A stretch of DNA of 39,218 nt. Source: a virus. Its lineage: Duplodnaviria > Caudoviricetes. Position numbers and translations under genes: made by a program. Shown here in pieces: positions 16,360 through 25,816 of this stretch (the first letter of the stretch is position 1; each line of letters begins with the position of its first letter). Under the pieces are notes generated by a model. The model worked only from the letters and a program-made list of their open reading frames with translations, searched no databases and had not been told where the DNA came from. The stretch spans positions 1 to 39,218 of the IMG/VR virus record IMGVR_UViG_3300035491_000249; one strand, given 5' to 3'.

Positions 16360-17774
16360 AAAAGATGCTGTTTGGCGAGCTGGCCACCCGGGCCCGCAGC
16401 GCCGATTTTTATGCCATGGGCATGATGCTGCCCAACCCCGACCCGGTGCTGAAGGCGCTGGGTCAGGACATTCGGGTGTACCGCGAGCTGCAGGCCGACG
16501 CCCATGTGGGCGGCTGCATGCGCCGGCGCAAGGGCGCGGTGAAGGCGCTGGAATGGGGTCTGGAAAAGGACGAGGTGCCGGCCGCCGTGGTGGACAGGCT
16601 GGAAGCCTGGCTGGCCCGGCTGGATGTGTCGCGCATTATCACCCAGATGCTGAACGCCGCCTTTTACGGTTATCAGCCGATGGAGGTGATCTGGGGCCGG
16701 CGGGACGGGTTGATCCTGCCGCTGGATGTGGTGGCCAAACCGCCCGAGTGGTTCTGCTTTGATGACGAAAACCGGCTGCGCCTGCGCACCAAGGCCGACC
16801 CGCTGCATGGCGAACTGCTGGCTCCGCGCAAGTTCCTGCTGCCGCGCCAGGAGCCGAGTTACGACAACCCCTATGGGGTGGCGGATTTGAGTCGCTGCTT
16901 CTGGCCCACCACCTTCAAGAAGGGCGGGCTCAAGTTCTGGGTGCAGTTCACCGAGAAGTACGGCTCGCCCTGGATTATCGGCAAGCAGCCGCGCTCGGCC
17001 AGTGTTAAAGAGCAGGACGACCTGCTCGACAAGCTGGACGCCATGGTGCAGGACGCGGTGGGCGTGATCCCCGACGATGCCAGCGTGGACATTATGGAGG
17101 CGGCGGGCAAGGTGGGCAGCGCCGAGGTCTACCGGGAGCTGCTGACCTTTTGCCGGTCGGAAGTGAGCATTGCCCTGCTGGGCCAGAACCAGACCACCGA
17201 GGCCAACAGCAACCGGGCCAGCGCCCAGGCCGGCATTGAGGTGACCAAGGACATTCGCGACGCGGACGCCGACATGGTGGCCGAGGCCATGAACCAGCTG
17301 ATCGACTGGGTGTGCGAGCTGAATTTTGCCGAGGGGGCCCGGCCCCGCTTTGCCCTGTGGGAGCAGGAAGAGGTGGACAAGCTGCAGGCGGAGCGGGACG
17401 TGGCGCTGAGCAATGCCGGTGCCCGGCTGACCAAAGCCTATTTTATGCGTGCCTATGATCTGGCCGAGGACGAGGTGGAAGTGGCACCGGCGCAACCGGT
17501 GGCCGGCCCGGCCCCCGCCGACTTTGCCGAAGCCGACGAGCAGCCCGCTGCTGCCGACGAACTGCTGCCGCAGCTGCAGCAGAACGCGGCCCCGGTGGTG
17601 GACAGCTGGTTGAATCGTATTACCCGGCTGGTGGATAACGCCGACAGCCTGCCGGCGCTGCAGCAGCAGTTGCTGGCGGAGTTCTCGGAGCTGGACACTG
17701 ACGAACTGGCCGAGGTGATGGCGCTGGCGTTCAGTGCCGCGCACCTGGCCGGGCGGGCGGAGGTGGCTGAATGA
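16356..17774 (+). CDS. Portal protein (Mu gp29, DUF935)
   Basis: LPNPDPVL, NPYG, FTEKYGSPW and ALLGQNQTTE. Confidence 0.92.
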   Translation: MKKMLFGELATRARSADFYAMGMMLPNPDPVLKALGQDIRVYRELQADAHVGGCMRRRKGAVKALEWGLEKDEVPAAVVDRLEAWLARLDVSRIITQMLNAAFYGYQPMEVIWGRRDGLILPLDVVAKPPEWFCFDDENRLRLRTKADPLHGELLAPRKFLLPRQEPSYDNPYGVADLSRCFWPTTFKKGGLKFWVQFTEKYGSPWIIGKQPRSASVKEQDDLLDKLDAMVQDAVGVIPDDASVDIMEAAGKVGSAEVYRELLTFCRSEVSIALLGQNQTTEANSNRASAQAGIEVTKDIRDADADMVAEAMNQLIDWVCELNFAEGARPRFALWEQEEVDKLQAERDVALSNAGARLTKAYFMRAYDLAEDEVEVAPAQPVAGPAPADFAEADEQPAAADELLPQLQQNAAPVVDSWLNRITRLVDNADSLPALQQQLLAEFSELDTDELAEVMALAFSAAHLAGRAEVAE

Positions 17775-18904
17775 GTGATGTTCAGGGCGCGTTCAGATTA
17801 CCGTTTAACGAGCAGCTGGCGTTCTTTCGGCAGAAGCTGAACCTGCCCACCGCCGCCTATGACGACCTGCTGGCCGAGCACCACGACCGGGCCTTTGTGG
17901 TGGCCGGGGCCATGAAGGCGGATCTGCTGGCGGATTTGCGCGGGGCCATCGACAAGGCCATGGCTGAGGGCAAAAGCCTGCAATGGTTTCGCCAGGAATT
18001 CGGCCGCATTGTGGAGCGTCGGGGCTGGACCGGCTGGACCGGCGAGGGCAGCAAGGGCGGCGAGGCCTGGCGCACCCGGGTCATTTTTCACACCAACTTA
18101 AACGCCGCCCATGCCGCCGGCCGCTATGCCCAGCTGACCCGGCCCGAGATGCTGCGCCGCCGGCCCTACTGGCGCTATGTGCACCGCTCGGTGGAAAACC
18201 CGAGGCACCATCACAAGGCCTGGCACAACCTGGTGCTGCGGGCGGATGATCCCTGGTGGGCGGCTCATTACCCACCCAACGGCTTTGGCTGCCAGTGCAT
18301 CATCGAGGCGGTGAACGAGCGGGAGCTGACGCGCCTGGGCAAAAGTGGCCCCGACAGCGCACCGCCCAGCCCCCTGGTGGAGCATGTGAACCGGGCCACC
18401 GGCGAGGTGATAAAGGTGCCCCAGGGCATTCAGCCGGGCTGGGACGCCGCCCCCGGTGCCGGTGCCACGGCCACGGCGCTGTCGGTGCAGGCCGGCAAGC
18501 TGGGCCGGCTGGAGCACGGGCTGGCCCGGGCCCATGTGGCTGAGCTGGTGGCCAGCCCCCTGTTCGGCCGCTTTGTGCGCGGCCAGGTGGCCGGGGAGTT
18601 TCCGGTGGCGGTGCTGGCCGAGGCGGACCGCGCCTGGCTGGGCTCGGCCTCGCCGGTGGTGGTGCTGTCCCAGCGCAGCCTGGCGGCGCACCGGGAGCGG
18701 CACCCAGAAATAGGGCTGGCGGATTATCGCCGGCTGCCGGATATCGTGGCCCAGGGTGAGGTGTGGCAGGTGCCGGGGCAGGCTGAGCGGCTGATATTTG
18801 TCACGTTAGGCGGCGTGCGTTACCGGGCGGTATTACGCCTGCCCGAGGTCAGATTGCACCGCGATGATAGTCCGCCACCGGCGGGTGCAGTGCGGTTACG
18901 ATAG
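17771..18904 (+). CDS. Mu gpF-like head morphogenesis protein with C-terminal extension
   Basis: HDRAFVVAGA, RPYWRY and HYPPNGFGCQC; C-terminal HPEIGLADY segment. Confidence 0.88.
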   Translation: MSDVQGAFRLPFNEQLAFFRQKLNLPTAAYDDLLAEHHDRAFVVAGAMKADLLADLRGAIDKAMAEGKSLQWFRQEFGRIVERRGWTGWTGEGSKGGEAWRTRVIFHTNLNAAHAAGRYAQLTRPEMLRRRPYWRYVHRSVENPRHHHKAWHNLVLRADDPWWAAHYPPNGFGCQCIIEAVNERELTRLGKSGPDSAPPSPLVEHVNRATGEVIKVPQGIQPGWDAAPGAGATATALSVQAGKLGRLEHGLARAHVAELVASPLFGRFVRGQVAGEFPVAVLAEADRAWLGSASPVVVLSQRSLAAHRERHPEIGLADYRRLPDIVAQGEVWQVPGQAERLIFVTLGGVRYRAVLRLPEVRLHRDDSPPPAGAVRLR

Positions 18905-18912
18905 GAGGTGTC

Positions 18913-19365
18913 ATGATTACCCTGAATATCAATACCCGCGAGCTGGAGCAGGGGCTCAAGCGGCTGGAGCGGGCGGCGGTTAACCTGAAGCCGGTATTTG
19001 AGGACATGGGCCAGCACCTGGTGAACAGCACCCGGCGCCGGTTTGAAGAAGGCGAGGCCCCGGACGGCACGCCCTGGGCCGAAAACAGTCCGGTAACCCT
19101 GGCGGGCAAGCCCGGCGAGCAGCCACTGGTGGGGGAAAGCCGGCTGCTGTCTACCGAGATCCACGACGAGGCCAGCCCCAGCAAATTGCTGGTGGGCTCC
19201 AACAAGGAATATGCCGCCATGCAGCAGTTCGGTGGCACCAAGGCGCAGTTCCCCCACCTGTGGGGCGACATTCCGGCCCGGCCCTTTATGGGGGTGTCGG
19301 ACGACGATGAACGCGAGCTGCTGGCCCTGGTCCACGACCACCTGCTGGACGCCGCCAGGCGGTAA
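18913..19365 (+). CDS. Mu gpG-like virion morphogenesis protein
   Basis: RRFEEGEAPDGTPW, VGSNKEYAAMQQFGG and IPARPFMGVS. Confidence 0.88.
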   Translation: MITLNINTRELEQGLKRLERAAVNLKPVFEDMGQHLVNSTRRRFEEGEAPDGTPWAENSPVTLAGKPGEQPLVGESRLLSTEIHDEASPSKLLVGSNKEYAAMQQFGGTKAQFPHLWGDIPARPFMGVSDDDERELLALVHDHLLDAARR

Positions 19366-19528
19366 TGCAAAACACGCGCTTAAGCGCGCTGTAATGGCCT
19401 GTGTGCGCGTTCGGCTACGATGCCATGAAAAAAAATCCTTAAACGCGCCACGGCGTTTTTAAACGCACTCTGGTGCATCTTGCGCGGCGTTCTCCCGCCG
19501 CAATGGGAAACACCCCGCGCCAAAACAG

Positions 19529-19570
19529 TAAATCCGCTTAACAGACGGTGCCGGCCCCGCCCGGCACACT
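19529..19570 (+). promoter_or_regulatory. Late promoter motif (head operon)
   Basis: TAAATCCGCTTAA-23 nt-CACACT. Confidence 0.6.
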
Positions 19571-19599
19571 GGCGGCATGTTCCGTTATTCGGTGTGCCC

Positions 19600-20721
19600 A
19601 TGAGCAGTCTGCATATTTTCACCCCCGGCCAGCATACCGCCATGAGCGGTGACCGGCTGGCGTTCTCCGAATCCGATCTGGCGGCCACCGCCAGCGCCTA
19701 TGATCCGACCCTGCACGAAGCGCCCCTGGTAGTGGGCCATCCCCGCCACGATGCCCCGGCCTATGGCTGGGTCAAGTCGCTGACGGTGGGGGCCGATGGC
19801 CTGCACGCCGAGCCCCAGCAACTGGATGCCGAGTTCGCCGAGCTGGTGGCCAGCGGCCGGTTCAAGAAAATTTCCGCCAGCTTCTACACCCCCGATTCCC
19901 CCAGCAACCCGGTGCCCGGCGTGTATTACCTGCGTCATGTGGGCTTTCTGGGCGCGCAGCCGCCGGCGGTGAAGGGGCTGAAGCAGGCCGAGTTTTCCGA
20001 GGCCGAGCAGGGGGTAGTGGAGTTTGGCGAGCTGGATTTGCAGGCGGGCATGTGGCGGCGGCTGCGTGACTGGCTGCTGGCCCAGTTCGGCCAGGACGCC
20101 GCCGACAGGGTGGTGCCCGACTGGGAGCTGGAAGCCCTGCGCGAGCCGGCACCGGCCGAATTCTCTGAGGAGGCTGCGTCTGCTACTGCACCTGCGGCGG
20201 CGCCGGCGGTCGCCTCGAAACCCCAACCTGAACCTCAACCCACACAGGAGGCACCCATGCCCCAGGACAACCCCGAGCTGGCGGCCGAGAACGCCCGGCT
20301 CAAGCAAGAGCTGGCCGCCCTCAAGGCCCAGGGCGAACAGGCCCGTAAACAGACCTTGCACAGTGAGCACCAGGCCTTTGCCGAGCAGATGGTGAGCGAG
20401 GCTCGCCTGGCGCCCGCGCATCAGGCCCAGGTGGTGGCGCTGCTGGACCGGCTGGCGGGCGTGAATGATGCCCAGGACTTCGGCGAGGGCGATGCCGCCC
20501 AGCCGCTGACCCAGGTGCTGCGGGGAATGATCAGCGCCCAGCCGCCGCTGGTGGAGTTTGGCGAGCAGGCGACCAAGGACAGAGCTGCCGGCCAGAGTGG
20601 TGCCAGTGTGGCCGAGTTTGCCGAGGCCGACCCCGACCGGCTGAGCCTGCACCTGCGCGCCACCGAGCTGGCCCAGAGCAAGAACATTACCTATGAACAG
20701 GCCGTGCGCCAATTACTGTAA
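19600..20721 (+). CDS. Prohead protease/scaffold (Mu gpI/Z-like)
   Basis: HEAPLVVGHP, PAYGWV, KKISASFY and YLRHVGFLGAQPPAVKGL; ATG at 19600. Confidence 0.9.
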   Translation: MSSLHIFTPGQHTAMSGDRLAFSESDLAATASAYDPTLHEAPLVVGHPRHDAPAYGWVKSLTVGADGLHAEPQQLDAEFAELVASGRFKKISASFYTPDSPSNPVPGVYYLRHVGFLGAQPPAVKGLKQAEFSEAEQGVVEFGELDLQAGMWRRLRDWLLAQFGQDAADRVVPDWELEALREPAPAEFSEEAASATAPAAAPAVASKPQPEPQPTQEAPMPQDNPELAAENARLKQELAALKAQGEQARKQTLHSEHQAFAEQMVSEARLAPAHQAQVVALLDRLAGVNDAQDFGEGDAAQPLTQVLRGMISAQPPLVEFGEQATKDRAAGQSGASVAEFAEADPDRLSLHLRATELAQSKNITYEQAVRQLL

Positions 20722-20730
20722 GGAGCTGTT

Positions 20731-21651
20731 ATGGCTGATCGTTTGAAGAAGTTGCGGGTGGTCGATCCGGTATTGACCAGCCTGGCCCGGGGTTACCGCA
20801 ACGCCCAGTTTATTGGCGAGGCGCTGTTTCCCCTGGCCACCATGGACAAGGAAGCGGGCATAGTGCCGATTTTTGGCAAGGATGCCTTCAAGGTGTGGGA
20901 CACCGAGCGCGCCATTCGTGCCGAGTCGAACCAGATGACCGCCGGCGATATCGACACCCTGGACGTGGTGCTGCGCGAGCATGACCTGGCCTATCCAGTG
21001 GACTACCGCGAGTCGGCCGAGTCGATGTTTGATGCCGAAGCCACGGCCGCCCGCCGGGTGAAGGATGCCATTGACCTGCGCCGGGAAGTGACCTGTGCCC
21101 AGCTGGCCCAGAACCCCGCCACCTATCTGAGTGGTGCCAAGGTTACGCTGTCGGGCCCGGCCCAGTGGAGCAACGGCGGCGGCGACCCCATTGCCGACGT
21201 GGAAGCCGGCAAGGAAGTGATCCGCTCCCGCATTGGCGTGCGCCCCAACACCATCACCATGGGGGCCGTGGTGTATGCGGCGCTCAAGTTCCACCCCAAG
21301 CTGCAGGCGCAGCTGGGCGGCGATGAGCGCAAGCTGATCACCCTGGAACACCTGAAAGTGCTGTTCGGGGTGGACAACATTTATATCGGCGAGGCTCTGG
21401 CCGGTAATGGCACCCTGGCGGATATCTGGACCGACAGCCTGACCCTGGCCTATGTGCGCCCGGCGGGCAACAGCCCGGCCAACTATGAAGACCCGTCGTT
21501 CGGCTACACCCTGCGCCGCAAGGGCATGCCCGAGACCGATAAGTACGAAGGCAACGGCGGCAAAATCCGCTGGGTGCGTCACACCGACATTTACAAGCCG
21601 GTGGTGGTGGGGGCCGATGCCGGCTACCTGATCACCGACATTCTGGCGTAA
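20731..21651 (+). CDS. Major capsid protein
   Basis: Follows the protease; VDPVLTSLARGY, PSFGYT and AGYLITD; strong RBS. Confidence 0.85.
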   Translation: MADRLKKLRVVDPVLTSLARGYRNAQFIGEALFPLATMDKEAGIVPIFGKDAFKVWDTERAIRAESNQMTAGDIDTLDVVLREHDLAYPVDYRESAESMFDAEATAARRVKDAIDLRREVTCAQLAQNPATYLSGAKVTLSGPAQWSNGGGDPIADVEAGKEVIRSRIGVRPNTITMGAVVYAALKFHPKLQAQLGGDERKLITLEHLKVLFGVDNIYIGEALAGNGTLADIWTDSLTLAYVRPAGNSPANYEDPSFGYTLRRKGMPETDKYEGNGGKIRWVRHTDIYKPVVVGADAGYLITDILA

Positions 21652-21660
21652 GGAGCAGTC

Positions 21661-21876
21661 ATGGCGAAGCAAACCTATGTGGTGCGCGGCATTGACGTGC
21701 AGATAGGCCGCGAGCGTATTGCCGAGGGTGAGGAAGTCACCCTTGATCTGGCCGAGCACGGCCACCTGAAACGCTGGCTGGAGCCGGTGAGCGGCGAACC
21801 CGAACCCAAGACGGAGCCGGTGGACGGCAAGCCCGAAACCAAGGCGGCGAACAAGGCCGATAAGGAGAAAGCATGA
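21661..21876 (+). CDS. Small hypothetical head-region protein
   Basis: AAGGAG RBS; operonic. Confidence 0.7.
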   Translation: MAKQTYVVRGIDVQIGRERIAEGEEVTLDLAEHGHLKRWLEPVSGEPEPKTEPVDGKPETKAANKADKEKA

Positions 21877-22208
21877 ACAAGACCCAGAAGGTAGTGCTGA
21901 CCGATTCGGTGCTGGCCTTGGCAGACATTGCCGCCCGCCGGCTGGTGGGCATGAACGGCCAGCCGGCGGCGGCCGGTGCCCAGGCGTATGGCGTGGCCGA
22001 GGCGGACACCGCCGCCGGCAACATGGCCCCGGTGAACGTGCTGGGGGTGTTGCTGGTGGAAGCCGGGGCCGCCCTGGCGGCCGGCGATGAACTGGAGGCG
22101 GATGCCGAGGCCCGGGCCATCACCAAGACCACTGGCAAGGTGGCGGGCATTGCCCTGGACGCGGCCACCGGCCCCGGTGAGCTGATCCGCATGGTGCGGG
22201 GGATCTGA
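21873..22208 (+). CDS. Capsid cement/decoration protein (DUF2190-like)
   Basis: Ala/Gly-rich; VNVLGVLLVEAGAAL and GIALDAATGPGELI. Confidence 0.75.
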   Translation: MNKTQKVVLTDSVLALADIAARRLVGMNGQPAAAGAQAYGVAEADTAAGNMAPVNVLGVLLVEAGAALAAGDELEADAEARAITKTTGKVAGIALDAATGPGELIRMVRGI

Positions 22209-22657
22209 TGAGCTACTGCACCCTGGCCGACCTGCTGCTGGCGATGCCGGAGCCGACCCTGGCGGCACTGTCTAACGATGCCGTGCCCGACTTTGGCGAG
22301 CCCAGCCCGGGCGTGAATGAGGCGGTGGTGGGGGAGGCCCTGGTGCAGGCTCAGGAGATGATAGATGCGTATTTGCGCAGTCGTTATGTGCTGCCTTTGG
22401 CGGTGGTGCCGTCTGTGGTGCGGCAGTTGGCGGTGCAATTGGCCCGTTACTGGCTGTATGCCCGTCGGCCCGAGGGGGCCGAGCTGCCCGAGGCGGTGGT
22501 ACGTGGCCATAAGGAAGCGTTGCGTGCACAGGAGTCGATCCGCGATGGCAAAATGGCGCTGGGGCTGCCTACGGGCGAGGCGCAGCCCGAGCCGGCCCCG
22601 GCGCGGGTGCGCACGGCGCGGCGCACTTTTGGCCGTGACCTGCTGGAGCGTTACTGA
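22208..22657 (+). CDS. Mu gp36-like head-tail connector (DUF1320)
   Basis: MSYCTLADL, IDAYLRSRYVLPL and LARYWLYARR. Confidence 0.85.
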   Translation: MSYCTLADLLLAMPEPTLAALSNDAVPDFGEPSPGVNEAVVGEALVQAQEMIDAYLRSRYVLPLAVVPSVVRQLAVQLARYWLYARRPEGAELPEAVVRGHKEALRAQESIRDGKMALGLPTGEAQPEPAPARVRTARRTFGRDLLERY

Positions 22658-23121
22658 TGGCGAGCACACGAGCACGACTTGAGGCAGTTCTGGCGCGGCT
22701 GCGGGAGCGTATTCCCCAGCTGCAGGTGGAGTATTTTCCCGAAAAGCCCAGTGAGTACCGGCTGAACCATCCCCGGGGGGCGCTGCTGCTGAGCTATGTG
22801 GGCAGCCAGTTTGGCGACTCGGTGGACAGCCAGTATGTGGCCCAGGAGCAGCGTTTTCGCATTAGTGTGACCCTGGTGATGCGGCAGCTGAACGGCCAGG
22901 GCGGGGCGCTGGATGCGCTGGATGTGGCCCGGGCGGCGCTGGTGGGGTTTCGCCCTCCCGACTGTCAGGCCCTGCACATGCTGCGCGAGAGCTTTGTGGG
23001 TGAGCTGAAGGGGTTGTGGCACTACGCCCTGGACCTGCACGCCCGCACCCTGCTGGTGGAGCAGGGCGACGACGAAGCCCCGGTGCTGCTCACCCGGGTT
23101 GATTACGAGGACAAGTCATGA
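22657..23121 (+). CDS. Gp37-like tail completion protein
   Basis: VEYFPEKPSEYRLNHPRGALLLSYVGS and GLWHYALD. Confidence 0.75.
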   Translation: MASTRARLEAVLARLRERIPQLQVEYFPEKPSEYRLNHPRGALLLSYVGSQFGDSVDSQYVAQEQRFRISVTLVMRQLNGQGGALDALDVARAALVGFRPPDCQALHMLRESFVGELKGLWHYALDLHARTLLVEQGDDEAPVLLTRVDYEDKS

Positions 23122-23315
23122 AGTACCTGTACAAGGGCCCGATCTCGGGCGTGACCCTGGCGGATGGCAAGGAAGTGATGCTGCTGCCGGGTAAAGAGGT
23201 GGAGCTGGATGCGGCGCACCCCTACACCAAAACCCTGCTGGCCCTGGGGCACCTGACCCCGGTGGCGGCACCCAAGGCCGCCAAACCCAAGAAGGAGGTG
23301 AGCGATGGCCGCTAA
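23118..23315 (+). CDS. Small hypothetical protein preceding the sheath
   Basis: YKGPISGVTL..EVMLLPG; coupled start. Confidence 0.7.
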   Translation: MKYLYKGPISGVTLADGKEVMLLPGKEVELDAAHPYTKTLLALGHLTPVAAPKAAKPKKEVSDGR

Positions 23316-24723
23316 CTATTTGCACGGCGTTGAAACCATTGAAGTGGAGCGTGGCCCGCGCCCGGGGAACACGGTGAAGTCGGCGGTGATTGCGCTGATC
23401 GGCACCGCCCCGGCCGGCCCGGTGGGCATGACCCTGGTGCTGGGGGAGCGCGACAGCGGCCAGTTTGGCCGTCAGCTGCCGGGCTTCACCATTCCCCAGG
23501 CACTGGATGCCATTAACGACCACGGCGGCGCCACCGTGCTGGTGGTGAACGTGCTGGACCCTGCGGTGCACAAGACGGCGGTGGCCGCCGAGGCGGTGAG
23601 CTTCAGTGCCGGCCAGGCTGAACTTGCCCAGGCGCCGGTGCTGAACCTGGTGCTGAAGAGCGAAGACGGCCTGACCACGTATGTGGCCGGCACCGACTAT
23701 AAACTGGACGCGGCCAGCGGCACCCTTACCCGCCTTGAGGGTGGGGCCATTGCCGCCGGAGCGGCGGTGAAGGCGGATTATGACCATGCCGACCCGTCCA
23801 AGGTGACGGCGGCCGACATCATCGGCGCGCTGGACGAGGCGGGCAACCGTACCGGCATGAAGGCGCTGCACGACAGCTACAACCTGTACGGCTTTTTCGC
23901 CAAAATCCTGATCGCCCCCGGCTACTGCACCCAGAACTCGGTGAGCACCGAGCTGATTGCCCTGGCCGACCAGTTTGGCGCCGTGACCTATGTGGATGCG
24001 CCCATTGGCACCACCTTTGCCCAGGCACTGGCGGGACGCGGCCCGGAAGGCACCATCAACTTCAACACCAGCTCCGACCGGGTGCGGCTGTGCTACCCCC
24101 ATGTGAAGGTGTACGACCCCGAGACCGACAGTGAGCGGCTGGAGCCGCTGTCGTCCCGGGCGGCGGGCCTGCGGGCCAAGGTGGATCTGGACCGGGGGTT
24201 CTGGTGGTCCAGCTCCAACCAGGAAATCCTGGGCATTACCGGGGTGGAGCGCAAGCTGTCGGCGCGGGTGGATGATCCCCAGTCGGAGGTGAACCTGCTG
24301 AACGAGGTGGGCATTACCACGGTATTCAACAGCTTCGGCTCGGGCCTGCGGCTGTGGGGCAACCGCACGGCGGCGTTCCCGACCGTAACCCACATGCGCA
24401 ACTTCGAGAACGTGCGCCGCACGGCGGACGTGATCAACGAGTCGCTGCGCTATTTCAGCCTGCAGTATATGGATATGCCGCTGAACCAGGCGCTGATCGA
24501 CTCGCTGACGGAATCGGTGAACGGCTATGGCCGCAAGCTGATTGGCGACGGTGCCCTGCTCGGGTTTCAGTGCTGGTTTGACCCGGCCCGCAACCCGGCC
24601 ACCGAGCTGTCGGCGGGCCGCCTGCTGCTGAGCTACAAGTTCACGCCGCCGCCGCCCCTGGAGCGCCTGAGCTATGAGTCCGAGATCACCTCGGAGTATC
24701 TGTTGACCCTGAAAGCGGCGTAA
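23305..24723 (+). CDS. Contractile tail sheath protein
   Basis: NYLHGVETIE, KILIAPG, GFWWSSSN, RLWGNRT and PPLERL. Confidence 0.93.
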   Translation: MAANYLHGVETIEVERGPRPGNTVKSAVIALIGTAPAGPVGMTLVLGERDSGQFGRQLPGFTIPQALDAINDHGGATVLVVNVLDPAVHKTAVAAEAVSFSAGQAELAQAPVLNLVLKSEDGLTTYVAGTDYKLDAASGTLTRLEGGAIAAGAAVKADYDHADPSKVTAADIIGALDEAGNRTGMKALHDSYNLYGFFAKILIAPGYCTQNSVSTELIALADQFGAVTYVDAPIGTTFAQALAGRGPEGTINFNTSSDRVRLCYPHVKVYDPETDSERLEPLSSRAAGLRAKVDLDRGFWWSSSNQEILGITGVERKLSARVDDPQSEVNLLNEVGITTVFNSFGSGLRLWGNRTAAFPTVTHMRNFENVRRTADVINESLRYFSLQYMDMPLNQALIDSLTESVNGYGRKLIGDGALLGFQCWFDPARNPATELSAGRLLLSYKFTPPPPLERLSYESEITSEYLLTLKAA

Positions 24724-24732
24724 GGAGCTGTC

Positions 24733-25257
24733 ATGGCTGGAAAAATTGAAATCAACCGGGTGGTGAACGCCAATATCTACATCAACGGCAACAGCCTGCT
24801 GGGTCGCGCCGAGGAGGTGAAGCTGCCGGATGTGGAGGCGATCATGGCCGAGCACAAGGCGCTGGGCATGGTGGGCCAGATTGAGCTGCCCTCGGGCTTT
24901 TCGAAGCTGGAAGGGGAGATCAAGTGGAACGCCTACTACAAGGAGGCGATGCTCACCACCGCCAACCCCTTTGCCAGTGTGCAGCTGATGTGCCGCTCCA
25001 ACCTGGAGCGCTACGGCTCCCAGGGCCGCATTGAAGAGGTGCCGCTGGTGACGGTGCTGACCATCATGTTCAAGAAAAATCCGGCGGGCACCTTCAAGCA
25101 GCACGAGAACGCCGAGTTTGCCTCCGCCTTTAGTGCCACTTACATCAAGCAGATGGTGAATGGCGAGGAGATCCTGGAGCTGGACTACATGGCCAACATC
25201 TTCCGGGTGGGCGGGGTTGACCAGTTGGCCCAGTACCGCGCCAACATCGGCGGCTGA
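24733..25257 (+). CDS. Major tail tube protein
   Basis: NANIYING.SLLGRAEEVKLP and NIFRVGGVDQLAQYRANIG. Confidence 0.9.
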   Translation: MAGKIEINRVVNANIYINGNSLLGRAEEVKLPDVEAIMAEHKALGMVGQIELPSGFSKLEGEIKWNAYYKEAMLTTANPFASVQLMCRSNLERYGSQGRIEEVPLVTVLTIMFKKNPAGTFKQHENAEFASAFSATYIKQMVNGEEILELDYMANIFRVGGVDQLAQYRANIGG

Positions 25258-25273
25258 TCACCGCTCCTTTACC

Positions 25274-25294
25274 AGGCCCTGCGGGGCCTTTTTT
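25274..25294 (+). terminator. Intrinsic terminator after the tube gene
   Basis: AGGCCC-TGCG-GGGCCT-TTTTT. Confidence 0.7.
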
Positions 25295-25296
25295 AT

Positions 25297-25338
25297 TGAA
25301 GCCCTTTAACTGCATCCCCCGGCCGACACCGGCATCCT
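25297..25338 (+). promoter_or_regulatory. Late promoter motif (tail assembly operon)
   Basis: TGAAGCCCTTTAA-23 nt-CATCCT. Confidence 0.55.
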
Positions 25339-25379
25339 GAACATACCTTATGTGTTTAACCCACCTTCAGGATGACGTT

Positions 25380-25622
25380 ATGAAACTGCCTCTTAAACAC
25401 CCCATCACCACCGGCACCGGCGACAAGCTCACCGAGCTGACCCTTCGCCGTCCCACCCGGGGTGACCTCAAGGCCGCCGACAAGTACAGCAAGCTCGAAG
25501 CCGAGCAGGAAGACATGCTGTTCAGTCGCATGACCGGCCTGACCATTGAAGACCTGGACCTGCTCGATGTGGCCGACAACAAGGCCCTGGGTGATGCCTT
25601 TCGCGACATGGTGGGCGGCTGA
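25380..25622 (+). CDS. Tail assembly chaperone (gpE/gp41-like)
   Basis: LKHPI..LTLRRPTRGDL..GLTIEDLDLLDVAD; lies between tube and tape measure. Confidence 0.85.
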   Translation: MKLPLKHPITTGTGDKLTELTLRRPTRGDLKAADKYSKLEAEQEDMLFSRMTGLTIEDLDLLDVADNKALGDAFRDMVGG

Positions 25623-25761
25623 GGCGCAGCTGAAACCGCTGGATGAGGTATTGCTGCTGGTGCTGCGCCTGCCGCCGTCGGAAATCAACGCCCTGGACAT
25701 GGAGGACTACTGGTTCTGGGTGGAGGCGGCGGAGCGGGAGCTGAAGCGCCGGGAAGCATGA
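25610..25761 (+). CDS. GpE'-like chaperone extension, probably expressed by frameshift (start approximate)
   Basis: PPSEINALDMEDYWFW motif in a frame with no clear start codon and RBS of its own. Confidence 0.6.
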
Positions 25762-25816
25762 TTCAGGGCCCCGTCCGGCTTGCCGGCCGGGGCCTTGTGG
25801 TTTGGATGGAGAGCGT

